A stretch of 64,000 nucleotides of DNA from Spirochaetia bacterium (GCA_038204425.1 JBBRCZ010000003.1:128001-192000), one strand, 5' to 3'; positions 48,101 through 56,629 are shown, counted from the first letter of the stretch. The notes: generated by a model not told the origin, from the sequence alone. Made by a program: numbers and translations.

Positions 48101-48545
48101 ACGACCCGTTTTGGCTGCCAAGGCCGAAAGTGGCAAAGCCTTGAGTGTGCCGCTCAAGACTGGCGAATATGTCCACATGGATGGACCCAAGGTTTTTCAA
48201 GAAGCGGTGCGCCATATGGTGCTACTTCTAGAAAAAGCCTGCGCACAAAGTGGTATCAAGGTTAGTGACCTAGATTTAGTTGTACCACATCAGGCCAACC
48301 AAAGAATCATAAATGCTGTCAGACAAAAAGCAAAACTCGACGAAGATCAGGTTTATAGTAATATCCGACACTACGGAAATACTTCATCATCATCGATTCC
48401 GATTGCCTTGGCCAAAATTTTGGACGAAGGCCACCAAGCCAAGTCGATAGGTCTATGCGCCTTTGGTGGAGGCTTTACGTTTGCAGGAGGCATTCTTCGT
48501 GTGCCCGATCAACAAAACGCAAACTTTGCCAGTCAGGAAGAATGA
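45123..48545 (+). CDS. Fusion: 2-oxoacid dehydrogenase E1alpha + E1beta + lipoyl domain + 3-oxoacyl-ACP synthase III (FabH)
   Basis: ThDP motif GDG145-147...DN; E1beta FGEDI..GDVFGVT, PLAE, QFADF; lipoyl EADK719A; FabH AAC925SG, PH1056QAN, GN1086TSS. Confidence 0.93.
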   Translation: MSKNALQLELFLSVFRNMVASREIDILEQDYTQRGEAFFHVSGTGHENIAFLNTHLIPADYLHCHYRDKSLMLARGLSIEQFFLSLFCKDNSHSRGRQMSAHLSDPDLHIMSLVGPVGNNALQAVGAASAIKNQSQNPIVLCGLGDGTSQQGEVLEAIAHAVRQTLPVLFVIQDNTWAISTKTEGQTFYNTPDGDAEQYYGIPIVRVDGKDAHSCHDVFGEVVASMRKTRKPAIIIFKVARINSHTNADDHRMYRSAEEIEATRASGDPLVPLEAWFQTQGIASQDLSAIRQEIKETVRKAAEAAQYSPEPKAIYDAKAVLPASLFDLARENRGDEAQGQVVMLEALRVTLKNHLESDADVCLFGEDIEDPKGDVFGVTRGLSQAFPDRVVNSPLAEATIVGVAVGQALAGKKPVAFLQFADFFPIAFNQIFAELGSMHWRTDGAWKCPVILMVTCGGYKPGLGPFHASSMESIAVHTPGVDVFMPSSAADAAGLLNAAFESKRPTVFFYPKSCLNDRSQATSTDIHKRFVPIGKARLVRSGSDFTFVGWGNTVALCRQAADELSKVGINSDVIDLRSLFPWDQETVLSSVKRSRRMIIAQEDSHSASLASEISATISELIVGEIVVKRVSRPDTYVPCNFGNQLEVLPSYQKILETAVEILGASISWQKDQVAEDGYAFIEAAGSSPSDESVTVIQWRVKPGDVLKPGMPLAEMEADKAAFELSCPIGGTLTQVLVPVGMMVKVGTPLLVVAIEGRKPVIKPLTRENPGIPTIVLPEIQKSKSIVSDHHELHESGRYNRPKFSRAMPVAGIAGIVAVPGSIAVSNTQIASKSSDWDAQDIFKRIGIESRYWVAESETTTSLAIKAAQKLLKAHKLKASDLSAVICTTGTPDIMTPSLACLVLDALSKDLKESPLIPAWDINAACSGYLYGLQAAWDHLLHEPSGKVLLVSSEVLSRKTDPVDSSTAPIFGDAATATLILGWDNFKQFKWLIERPVLAAKAESGKALSVPLKTGEYVHMDGPKVFQEAVRHMVLLLEKACAQSGIKVSDLDLVVPHQANQRIINAVRQKAKLDEDQVYSNIRHYGNTSSSSIPIALAKILDEGHQAKSIGLCAFGGGFTFAGGILRVPDQQNANFASQEE

Positions 48546-48574
48546 ATTAAAATGAACAAGGTTTGGTAGATTAG

Positions 48575-49912
48575 ATGCTAGAAAAAGTAAGTTTGGCCTT
48601 TAGTGATATTATTAGAACAGTTGCTGGCAAGGCGAGTGTAACAGAAAAAAATGTAGAAGAGGCTGTTGAACAGATAAAGCTTGCACTGCTTGATGCTGAC
48701 GTTAGTGTCCGAGTGGTCAGGCGATTTGTCAATCAGACCTTGCAAGAGGCAAATGGCGAAAAGGTACTGCGCTCGGTTAATCCCGGGCAACAGTTTATAA
48801 AAATTGTTCATGACAAAATGGTTGCCCTCTTGGGGGATACCAAGCAAGACCTTCAGCTAAGAGGACCAGACACTGCCAGTGTTATTCTATTGTATGGCTT
48901 GCAAGGCTCAGGAAAAACTACAAGTGCCGGTAAGTTGGGCTTACGATTAAAGAAGCAAGGCCGCAAAGTACTCTTGGTTGCGGCTGACTTGGTGCGGCCC
49001 GCTGCGATCGAACAGTTGGCAATCTTAGGGCAGCAGCTTGAGATCGACGTTTACCGCGAAGATGGAGCTACAGATCCGGTCAAAGTTGCCAAAAACGGCG
49101 TTAACTTTGGCAAAAAAAACCTCTTTGACACGATAATTATTGACACGTCGGGTCGCATGCAAGTTGATGAACCTTTGATGAAAGAATTGCAGCGACTCAG
49201 AGACAGCGTCTCACCGCTTGAATCCTTGCTAGTTGTAGATGCAATGACCGGTCAGCACGCGGTAGAGATCGCGACAGCCTTTGACCAGAACCTCAGTCTG
49301 ACTGGTCTAATTTTGACCAAGTTTGACTCTGATACCCGTGGTGGGGCCGCTCTCTCATTGAGATCGGTAACGGGCAAACCAATCAAGTTCATTGGTACTG
49401 GTGAAAAATCGACTGACTTGGAAGTTTTTCATCCAGAAAGGATTGCTGGCCGTATTCTTGGCATGGGTGACGTTGTCAGTTTGGTTGAAAAAGCTCAAGA
49501 GGTCTTTGATCAAGACCAAGCGATTAAATTGCAACAAAAGATGGCGACTGGCAACTTTACCTTAGAAGACTATCTCGACCAGTTTAGACAAGTTCGCAAA
49601 ATGGGTAGTCTGGAAAAGTTAGCAGAGATGATTCCGGGCATGAAAAACGCTGTTGAAAGTGAGCAGATCAATGAAAAGGGTATCAAGACTGAAGAAGCCA
49701 TTATTCTGTCTATGACCAAGAACGAACGAGGTAACCATCTGATTATTGGCCCTTCAAGACGCAAACGAATAGCGCATGGATCGGGGACTTCGGTGCATGC
49801 AGTCAATCAGTTGCTCAAAAAGTTCGAAAAAACGCGCGATTCTATGCGAAAAATGACCAAAAACAAGAAGTATCAGGCTCAGGTATTGCAACAGATGGGC
49901 ATGCCTGGTTAA
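48575..49912 (+). CDS. ffh: Signal recognition particle protein Ffh
   Basis: GLQGSGKTT, DTSGR, TKFDSDTRGG, RILGMGD, Met-rich M domain. Confidence 0.97.
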   Translation: MLEKVSLAFSDIIRTVAGKASVTEKNVEEAVEQIKLALLDADVSVRVVRRFVNQTLQEANGEKVLRSVNPGQQFIKIVHDKMVALLGDTKQDLQLRGPDTASVILLYGLQGSGKTTSAGKLGLRLKKQGRKVLLVAADLVRPAAIEQLAILGQQLEIDVYREDGATDPVKVAKNGVNFGKKNLFDTIIIDTSGRMQVDEPLMKELQRLRDSVSPLESLLVVDAMTGQHAVEIATAFDQNLSLTGLILTKFDSDTRGGAALSLRSVTGKPIKFIGTGEKSTDLEVFHPERIAGRILGMGDVVSLVEKAQEVFDQDQAIKLQQKMATGNFTLEDYLDQFRQVRKMGSLEKLAEMIPGMKNAVESEQINEKGIKTEEAIILSMTKNERGNHLIIGPSRRKRIAHGSGTSVHAVNQLLKKFEKTRDSMRKMTKNKKYQAQVLQQMGMPG

Positions 49913-50001
49913 TATCCTGTCCCGACCCATTGAGCCAACATTGGGTTTATTAAATTTTGACCTACAGAGCCTCAAAAGACGCTCATAATAAGGAGAGAAA
50001 C

Positions 50002-50247
50002 ATGGTTGTTATCAGAATGAAGCGAATCGGTACCAAGAAACGTCCGTACTACCGAGTGGTTGTATCCGATTCCCGCAAGCCGCGTGATGGTCAGGCCATC
50101 GAAGAACTTGGCTACTATCGTCCAGTGGAAGCTGGTCCAAATCAGTTTGTTGTTAAGGAAGATCGTATCAGAGAATGGGTTTCCAAGGGTGCTCAACCTA
50201 GTGACACTGTTCGTCGATTGCTCAACAACAACAAAATCTATTTCTAA
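50002..50247 (+). CDS. rpsP: 30S ribosomal protein S16
   Basis: [37 protein letters not shown]. Confidence 0.97.
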   Translation: MVVIRMKRIGTKKRPYYRVVVSDSRKPRDGQAIEELGYYRPVEAGPNQFVVKEDRIREWVSKGAQPSDTVRRLLNNNKIYF

Positions 50248-50284
50248 TTCATTCGCTAAGAGAAACTAGGCGAAAGGAGCCGAG

Positions 50285-50518
50285 ATGGAAAAAGAACTCA
50301 TTGAATACGTTGCCAAATCATTGGTTGATGAGCCAGAGAAGGTAGAGGTTCATACAATTGAGGGCGAAAAATCAACTATTGTAGAACTTCGAGTTTCGCA
50401 GGACGATATAGGTAAGATTATTGGTAAGCACGGTCGAATTGCTCGAGCCTTAAGGACGATTTTGTCGGCAGCCTCAACGCGATCTGGCAAGAGAGTCGTG
50501 CTAGAAATACTTGACTGA
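50285..50518 (+). CDS. khpA: KH-domain RNA-binding protein KhpA
   Basis: DIGKIIGKHGRIARALR; lies between rpsP and rimM. Confidence 0.9.
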   Translation: MEKELIEYVAKSLVDEPEKVEVHTIEGEKSTIVELRVSQDDIGKIIGKHGRIARALRTILSAASTRSGKRVVLEILD

Positions 50519-50525
50519 GTGAGTT

Positions 50526-51041
50526 TTGGTGTTAAAAAAAGATTTTTCTGTTGCAGTGATCAAGGCGCCTTATGGCCTCAAGGGAGAAAACAAGCTGCAT
50601 AGTCTATCCGGTGAGTGGGAACATTTGTTTGCGCTGGCCGGACAAGAAGTAGAGCTTGTCAACAAGGGCTCTAGGTCAAGACGTTTTGTTGAGACAGTAC
50701 GTGAAGTGATTCCTCACGTCTTGATTCAATTTAAGGGCGTTGACAGCCCCGAGTCGGCCCGCAGTTTAGTTGGCAATGAGATTGTCCTAGATCGTTCTAA
50801 GGCAGCTCCCCTGGCAGCCGGCGAATACTATCAAGCTGATTTGATCGGTTTTTCTTTGGTTTTTGAAGGTAAAGTTCTTGGCACTGTTGAATCGTTTTGG
50901 GATAGCGGAGCCCATGACTTAATCGTGGTGACTCGTGCCGATCAATCGAAAGTCAATGTGCCTTTTTTAAAGCAGTTTATCGGCGAAGTAAGCATCGAAA
51001 AAGCAAGCATAGAGCTTTTGACCGCATGGATTCTTGCGTGA
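50526..51041 (+). CDS. rimM: 16S rRNA processing protein RimM
   Basis: PYGLKGE, EYYQADLIG, GAHD, VPF. Confidence 0.93.
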   Translation: MVLKKDFSVAVIKAPYGLKGENKLHSLSGEWEHLFALAGQEVELVNKGSRSRRFVETVREVIPHVLIQFKGVDSPESARSLVGNEIVLDRSKAAPLAAGEYYQADLIGFSLVFEGKVLGTVESFWDSGAHDLIVVTRADQSKVNVPFLKQFIGEVSIEKASIELLTAWILA

Positions 51042-51790
51042 CATTTACTGTTTTGTCTTTGTTTCCTGAGATTTTGAATGGATTTTTTGGCAGTTCTATT
51101 ATGGCCAAAAGCATTGAGAAGGGCTTGATCGAGTACAAGCCGATTCAAATCCGTGATTTTTCCAGTGACAAGCACAAAAACTGTGATGATTCACCTTATG
51201 GTGGTGGCGCGGGTATGGTCCTTAAAGTTGAGCCAGTGGCTGCTGCGCTAGACGCTGTGCGTGCAAAGAGCAAGCGAGTCCTTTACATGAGTCCTTCTGG
51301 TAGAAGCTTTAATCAAGCTTACGCACAGGGGCTGGCAAAAGAAAGCGAACTTGTGATAATATGCGGTCGCTACGAGGGATTGGATCAACGACTTATTGAT
51401 GAGTACGTTGACGACGAGATTTCTGTTGGTGATTACGTTCTGTCGTCAGGTGAGACGGCGGCCTTGGTGGTTATCGATGCTATCTATCGTTTGCTGGATG
51501 GTGTTATAAATGGAGCGTCACTTATAGAAGAAAGCCACAGTGGTGGACTTCTTGAGTATCCGCACTACACGCGACCCGAAGTTTTTCGGGGAAGAGCGGT
51601 GCCTAAGGTGCTTTTATCGGGTCATCACAAAATGATCTCGAGATGGCGTCTTAAGCAGAGTCTCATCAAGACACTTAAATTTCGTCCTGATTTATGTCAG
51701 GACAAAACTTTGAGCAAAGAGTTGAGACAAATAAAGAATGAAATTTTTTCAAGGTTGGAAAACCAGGGAGAAGATGATGGACTTAATTAG
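51038..51790 (+). CDS. trmD: tRNA (guanine37-N1)-methyltransferase
   Basis: [37 protein letters not shown]. Confidence 0.97.
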   Translation: MTFTVLSLFPEILNGFFGSSIMAKSIEKGLIEYKPIQIRDFSSDKHKNCDDSPYGGGAGMVLKVEPVAAALDAVRAKSKRVLYMSPSGRSFNQAYAQGLAKESELVIICGRYEGLDQRLIDEYVDDEISVGDYVLSSGETAALVVIDAIYRLLDGVINGASLIEESHSGGLLEYPHYTRPEVFRGRAVPKVLLSGHHKMISRWRLKQSLIKTLKFRPDLCQDKTLSKELRQIKNEIFSRLENQGEDDGLN

Positions 51791-52160
51791 ATCGATTAAC
51801 CAAGCTCAGTTGAAGGAGATTACTCCCTTCAATATTGGCGATACCGTAAAAATCAATTTTACGATTATCGAAGGAAAGACTGAGCGTATTCAGGCATATG
51901 AAGGCATTGTGATTGCACGCAACAACTACGGAATCGCCGAAACCATCACGGTTCGCAAGATTTCGTACGGCGTTGGTGTTGAGCGTGTTTTTCCTTTGCA
52001 CTCACCACGCATAGCCGGTTTGGAGGTTATTCGACATGGTCGAGTACGTCGAGCCAAGTTGTATTACTTGCGCGGTCGCGTAGGCAAGAAGGCTAAGGTC
52101 AAGGATCTGATTCGCAGGAAGACTGTGGTCAGCGCTGAACCAACAAGCAACGACAATTAA
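51777..52160 (+). CDS. rplS: 50S ribosomal protein L19
   Basis: [33 protein letters not shown]. Confidence 0.97.
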   Translation: MDLIRSINQAQLKEITPFNIGDTVKINFTIIEGKTERIQAYEGIVIARNNYGIAETITVRKISYGVGVERVFPLHSPRIAGLEVIRHGRVRRAKLYYLRGRVGKKAKVKDLIRRKTVVSAEPTSNDN

Positions 52161-52181
52161 TCATTTGGGCTTTGTTTTAGC

Positions 52182-53078
52182 GTGAAAAACGTAACAGACA
52201 AGCAAAATGAATCAAAAGTTTTGCCGTCAAGTCAAAAACATCCTGTTCAAAAGCAGGATGTTTTTGTTTCTGCGAAGGCCAAAGATGCTGCATTAAAGCA
52301 AGGCACATTGCCGCTACTTGCAGTGACTCAATCGGCCCGCAGTATGCTGGCGTTCTACAGTTTAAACGGCAAGAGTATAATGGTGCCCACACTGGCCGAA
52401 AAATCACTTGAAGCTTTGTTCAGTAAACTTGGAAACCTCGCTACACCATTGATTCGCCAAAGAGCCACCGCACTATTTTTTCAAGTTTGGCAAGGTGAGA
52501 CTCTCACGGCGACCATATATCAACAACTATTAAGTCTTGTCAAAAGCTGGAAAAGTCTGGCTAAGTTTGATCCCTTTCAAAAGTCAAAGTCGCAGCTCAA
52601 CACAGAAGACACAAAAGACAAGAATGAAACCGAGCAGGTGAGTGAAGCGTTGCAGCCAATAGAACTTGACCTGACACAAGCATGGCGCAGCTTAGAACAA
52701 GAGAGCCAGCATGCTAACAAAGATTGGAAGTGGAAGAACTATGTCCTTACTGTTGAAAGCAGTCAAATGGGTGGGTTTCAGGGCAATTTGAGATTTGCTC
52801 ATTCCAGTAGGGCAACGAGCAGCCTAAGAATTGGGGTCGATTTTTTTACCGCAGACTGGTTTGTGTCTTTTTTTTGGGAAGACAAAAAACAGGCGGTTTT
52901 GCGCTATCGAGCCTATCCTGAGCACCTGTGGTCACAAGAAGACTTAGCAAAGCTCAAGAACTACCTACCGCGAGATAGTTTTGCGAAATTTGAGGCAATG
53001 AATTCACAGGATTGGTACGACGGCTTTGATTTTTTTCCAAATAGCCATATAATCCATAACGTGGACGTGTTACAGTAA
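52182..53078 (+). CDS. Hypothetical protein (possibly FliK/YlqG-like)
   Basis: 298-aa ORF ending VDVLQ, directly before the FlhB-like gene. Confidence 0.55.
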   Translation: MKNVTDKQNESKVLPSSQKHPVQKQDVFVSAKAKDAALKQGTLPLLAVTQSARSMLAFYSLNGKSIMVPTLAEKSLEALFSKLGNLATPLIRQRATALFFQVWQGETLTATIYQQLLSLVKSWKSLAKFDPFQKSKSQLNTEDTKDKNETEQVSEALQPIELDLTQAWRSLEQESQHANKDWKWKNYVLTVESSQMGGFQGNLRFAHSSRATSSLRIGVDFFTADWFVSFFWEDKKQAVLRYRAYPEHLWSQEDLAKLKNYLPRDSFAKFEAMNSQDWYDGFDFFPNSHIIHNVDVLQ

Positions 53079-53081
53079 TAT

Positions 53082-53357
53082 ATGCAAAACGCCGATGGTC
53101 ATAAGAGGGCTTTGGCTCTTTGGTATACAAAAGACGTTCCAGCACCTTTGCTTGTAGCAAAAGGGCAGGGGCAGCTCGCGGAGAGAATTGTAGAAGTGGC
53201 CAAACGAAACGGGATTCCGGTTCAACAAGACCTGGCTTTAAGTTCAGAATTGATGGACTTGCGCATAGGTCAAGAGATTCCTGAACGCTGTTTTGAAGTT
53301 ATTGCGGCTCTTTATCGTTTTGTATACGAACAAAGAGGCAAGTTTACGGGGAACTAG
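53082..53357 (+). CDS. Stand-alone FlhB C-terminal-like (EscU/YscU/HrcU, FlhX) protein
   Basis: ALALWY...APLLVAKGQGQLAERI..VAK.NGIPV, IGQEIPE. Confidence 0.88.
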   Translation: MQNADGHKRALALWYTKDVPAPLLVAKGQGQLAERIVEVAKRNGIPVQQDLALSSELMDLRIGQEIPERCFEVIAALYRFVYEQRGKFTGN

Positions 53358-54512
53358 ATGAAAACGATCAAAGTTAGTGACTTAAAAGAGGGAATGAAAT
53401 TTAGCGATGATGTCTATGTTGACGGCAACAATTTGCTAGTGCCAAAAGACATTCCCCTCAAAGAAAAAGACCTTGCCCGACTTGTGAAGTGGAACATTCA
53501 AGACGTAATGACTGATGGCAGCATTGTTTCCGACGCACCAGCAATTGCTACAGGCGCAAAAAAAGAAGGCATGGCTCGTATGGCCTTTACCGGCAATTCT
53601 CAACGAGAGATGGCCGATACGTATTTAGAATTTCAGTCAGCACTCGAAGTCTTTTACGATCATATTCGCAATAACGAAGCTGTTGAGTCACAGGATATAA
53701 ACCAATTAGTTGACAATATTCTCAAGATTTTGGTTGATCGTCGCAACGATTTTATTCAGTACATATTGTTTGGACTGCAAGGTGAGAGCGGCTACGTCGA
53801 AAACGCTATCAACTGTGCGGTCTTGAGTACCTTGGTGGCTCAAAACATGAACCTCCCGCGCCACAAAATTGTCCTCTTAGCTGCCGGAGCATTGTTGCAC
53901 GATGTTGGTATGCTACGTGTTCCAAAAGAAATAGTGCAAAAGACGGAATCTCTGACAGGATCAGAGTTACAACAAATCAAGACTCACCCAGTTCATTCTT
54001 ATAGGGTTATTAGCAAAGAAATAAGAATGCCAGAAGAAGTTGGCCAAACAGCTTTGCAACACCAAGAACGCTGGGATGGTCTGGGTTACCCCAAAGGACT
54101 TAAAGGCAAAGAAATCACCGTCTTCGCGCGTATAGTCGCTGTAGCTGATGCTTTTGAAGCCATGGTAAGTGAACGCCCTTATCGCGACAGCATGAATGGT
54201 TATGCCGCCATGCGCGCCATCATGAGTGACAACGGTAGGCGGTTTGACCCAGAGATTCTTAAAGTGTTTATTAAGGCTCTTGGTATTTATCCAATAGGTT
54301 CGATAGTCTTGCTTTCGGACGCGAGTATAGGTCGGGTTGTCGAGAACCACGGCGATGCTCCTTTGCGTCCGAGGATCAAAATTATGATAGACTCACTTGG
54401 AAAAACACATTTCCAAGATGAAGGGCAAGTTATAGACCTAATGGAAGACCGATCTATTTTTATTGCTAGAGCAGTCAATACCAAAGAACTTAATGCATCG
54501 GTTGGGGCTTAA
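53358..54512 (+). CDS. HD-GYP domain c-di-GMP phosphodiesterase
   Basis: LLHDVG, HQERWDGLGYP, VADAFEAM..RPYR, FDP. Confidence 0.92.
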   Translation: MKTIKVSDLKEGMKFSDDVYVDGNNLLVPKDIPLKEKDLARLVKWNIQDVMTDGSIVSDAPAIATGAKKEGMARMAFTGNSQREMADTYLEFQSALEVFYDHIRNNEAVESQDINQLVDNILKILVDRRNDFIQYILFGLQGESGYVENAINCAVLSTLVAQNMNLPRHKIVLLAAGALLHDVGMLRVPKEIVQKTESLTGSELQQIKTHPVHSYRVISKEIRMPEEVGQTALQHQERWDGLGYPKGLKGKEITVFARIVAVADAFEAMVSERPYRDSMNGYAAMRAIMSDNGRRFDPEILKVFIKALGIYPIGSIVLLSDASIGRVVENHGDAPLRPRIKIMIDSLGKTHFQDEGQVIDLMEDRSIFIARAVNTKELNASVGA

Positions 54513-54891
54513 AAAAACGATACGCTCAGACCAGGGCCGCCGAGACAGAGGCGCGCACGGGGAAGCCTTAGCAGCAAAGTTTCTTGAAGAACAGGGGATG
54601 CAAATTCTGCAAAGGAACTTCAGAAATAGGTATGGAGAGGTCGATATTATAGTCAGGGATGGTTCAAGCGTTGGCTTTGTAGAAGTTAAGACTTGGAAAC
54701 CAGAAAATTTGAGCCAGCTTTCAAAAACACTTGGGAAAACCAAATGTGCAAGGATGCGTGTTCTGGCTCAAGATTGGTTGCAAACTTGTGTGGGTTTGGT
54801 CGGCGTAGATAGTTTGCGACTCGACTTGTGCTTGGTAGACTTGATTTCGGGAAGTGTTGAGTATTTTCCATCAGCGCTTGACTATCGTTAA
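54493..54891 (+). CDS. yraN: YraN-family predicted endonuclease
   Basis: GAHGEALAAKFL, RNFR..YGEVDII, FVEVK; start uncertain. Confidence 0.88.
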   Translation: MHRLGLKKTIRSDQGRRDRGAHGEALAAKFLEEQGMQILQRNFRNRYGEVDIIVRDGSSVGFVEVKTWKPENLSQLSKTLGKTKCARMRVLAQDWLQTCVGLVGVDSLRLDLCLVDLISGSVEYFPSALDYR

Positions 54892-54910
54892 AAAGAGGGT
54901 AGGAACTTAC

Positions 54911-55093
54911 ATGCATTTTTTTGAACATGAACATAGGCAAGAAAATGATAGCAGCCAACTCTCGTCTAGTCAAATTGAAGACATTAGAAAGAAGCTGGAA
55001 AGCAATCCCTATATGCTTGATGCCGTCCAGAGCTTGGCAAGCGAACTTAGCATAGAGTTAATGGAAAATCAGTACGGTATTTCTTTTCATTGA
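54911..55093 (+). CDS. Small hypothetical protein (FlgM C-terminus-like)
   Basis: 60-aa ORF with purine-rich SD; IEDIRKKLESNPYMLDAVQSLASEL. Confidence 0.55.
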   Translation: MHFFEHEHRQENDSSQLSSSQIEDIRKKLESNPYMLDAVQSLASELSIELMENQYGISFH

Positions 55094-55794
55094 GACAGTG
55101 GCGGCAAGCCGGAAATGCTCCTTATCAAATTCATAGCTCGATCACGGGTCTGTTTTAGATAAGAATAATTCTGCGACAGCCTAAATAGTGATTCAAACAA
55201 TTCATCAGATGCAATTTTTTTTCCTCGTTGGTAGTACTTCTCAATAACCAAGCAAATGTTGTTCATTAGGTCATTGTGAGGTCCATGGGGAAAGTTGTCG
55301 GATAGATGCCGAGTCAAGTGCAGAGTGGTTTCTTGCTTTGGTTCAGCTTCTAGCAAAGCCCAGCTTCGCCAAGCTTCACCAAGAACTGTGGCGTCCTTTT
55401 CCAATGCAATAATCTGCGCCAACAAGTCGATTGCTGCTTCACCTCCACACAAAACCAATAGGCTAAGAGCCTGAAGTCTCACCTCCACCTGTCTGTTTAT
55501 TGATTTGCTTTCTGGTAGCACTGTAGTGGTCCACATGCCAATTGACACAACTTTGAGTAAATTAAATAAATTTGGATCGTTTGCACCGGTCTGGCCAAGC
55601 TTAATTGCTTCCTCTAGTTGGCCAAGTGCAAGATACTGTAGGTCTTTGTTCTTGTGTGAAAGCAGACCCAAAGACAGCTCATATTGGCCTTGGTCCAGAT
55701 GGGGCCTTGAGACGGCAACCCAAGTTGATTCTTGGGCTGCAAGACTGGGCAAGAGTACAAAAACTAGGCAGTACAAGGCAAGAAAGCGCCACAT
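55087..55794 (-). CDS. Exported helical/HEAT-like hypothetical protein
   Basis: Signal peptide MWRFLALYCLVFVLLPSLAAQ; EVRLQALSLL HEAT-like unit. Confidence 0.7.
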   Translation of the reverse strand: MWRFLALYCLVFVLLPSLAAQESTWVAVSRPHLDQGQYELSLGLLSHKNKDLQYLALGQLEEAIKLGQTGANDPNLFNLLKVVSIGMWTTTVLPESKSINRQVEVRLQALSLLVLCGGEAAIDLLAQIIALEKDATVLGEAWRSWALLEAEPKQETTLHLTRHLSDNFPHGPHNDLMNNICLVIEKYYQRGKKIASDELFESLFRLSQNYSYLKQTRDRAMNLIRSISGLPPLSQ

Positions 55795-55800
55795 GAGATC

Positions 55801-55842
55801 AGTCTAACACGACTTGACCGCAATTAGATAGGCAGTTACTAT
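55801..55842. promoter_or_regulatory. Overlapping divergent promoters (coaD and gene 55087-55794)
   Basis: Plus TTGACC-N17-TACTAT (55814-55842); minus TGT-TAGACT (55809-55801). Confidence 0.6.
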
Positions 55843-55847
55843 CGCCT

Positions 55848-56327
55848 ATGCTTACCGTTCTGTTTCCAGGTTCATTTGATCCTCCAACCAATGGGCACTT
55901 AAATTTGATCCATAGATCAGCGACTATCTATGACCATGTACATGTAGTCGTGGCCGTAAACAACCAAAAGTCGTATACTTTTAGTGCCGAAGAGCGACTA
56001 GAAATGATGCAGAAAATTTGCGCGCGGTTTAGCAATGTAAGTGTTCACCTCTGGGACAAACTGGTGGTTGAATTTGCGCGTCAAGTTAAGGCTCGCGTCA
56101 TGGTAAGAGGAGTAAGGGCCTTGGCAGACTTCAATTACGAGTTTGAGTTATCTATCCTAAACAAAGGACTTGATCCAGATATCGAAACAGTCTTTATGCC
56201 AACTGATCCCCAATATTTTGTGCTACGTTCGTCCGCAATCAAAGAACTTGCTCGCCTTGGTGGTGATATTTCCAAGATGGTTCCTCAAGAAATAGTGAAA
56301 GACGTTATCGCCAGAATGCGAAAATAA
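55848..56327 (+). CDS. coaD: Pantetheine-phosphate adenylyltransferase
   Basis: PGSFDPPTNGH, VRGVR..DFNYE, SSAIKE. Confidence 0.97.
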   Translation: MLTVLFPGSFDPPTNGHLNLIHRSATIYDHVHVVVAVNNQKSYTFSAEERLEMMQKICARFSNVSVHLWDKLVVEFARQVKARVMVRGVRALADFNYEFELSILNKGLDPDIETVFMPTDPQYFVLRSSAIKELARLGGDISKMVPQEIVKDVIARMRK

Positions 56328-56373
56328 GTTGACCTGCATAAGCCGATGATAGCATTTTTGATTTAGGCGACTA

Positions 56374-56402
56374 TTGACATCTATGTTGCTATCCGGTAAG
56401 GT
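56374..56402 (+). promoter_or_regulatory. sigma70-type promoter of rpmF-acpP-rnc
   Basis: TTGACA-N17-TAAGGT. Confidence 0.65.
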
Positions 56403-56440
56403 GCTAAACAATTATTGTTAATAAGTGAGGAAGAGTTAAC

Positions 56441-56629
56441 ATGGCAGTACCAAAGCATCGTACCTCTAAAGCGAGGACACGACGCCGAGCCTCCATAAAC
56501 TCCAAGCTTGTAGTTTCAAGCTTGTCGGAATGCCCTAACTGCGGTGGTATGAAAATGCCACACAGAGTGTGTCCCAAGTGTGGTTTTTATAGAGGAAAGC
56601 AAGTAATCAATCCTGAAAATCTGGCATAA
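56441..56629 (+). CDS. rpmF: 50S ribosomal protein L32 (zinc-binding form)
   Basis: MAVPKHRTSK, CPNCG, HRVCPKCGFY. Confidence 0.97.
   Translation: MAVPKHRTSKARTRRRASINSKLVVSSLSECPNCGGMKMPHRVCPKCGFYRGKQVINPENLA

Noticed and set aside
45123..48545. Fusion gene as part of a secondary-metabolite cluster (ThDP enzyme + KSIII type)
   Set aside because: No dedicated ACP, ligase, tailoring or transport genes nearby, and context is housekeeping; not fully excluded
49913..50001. Possible SRP RNA (ffs) or strong terminator after ffh
   Set aside because: No SRP domain IV motif; only short imperfect hairpins
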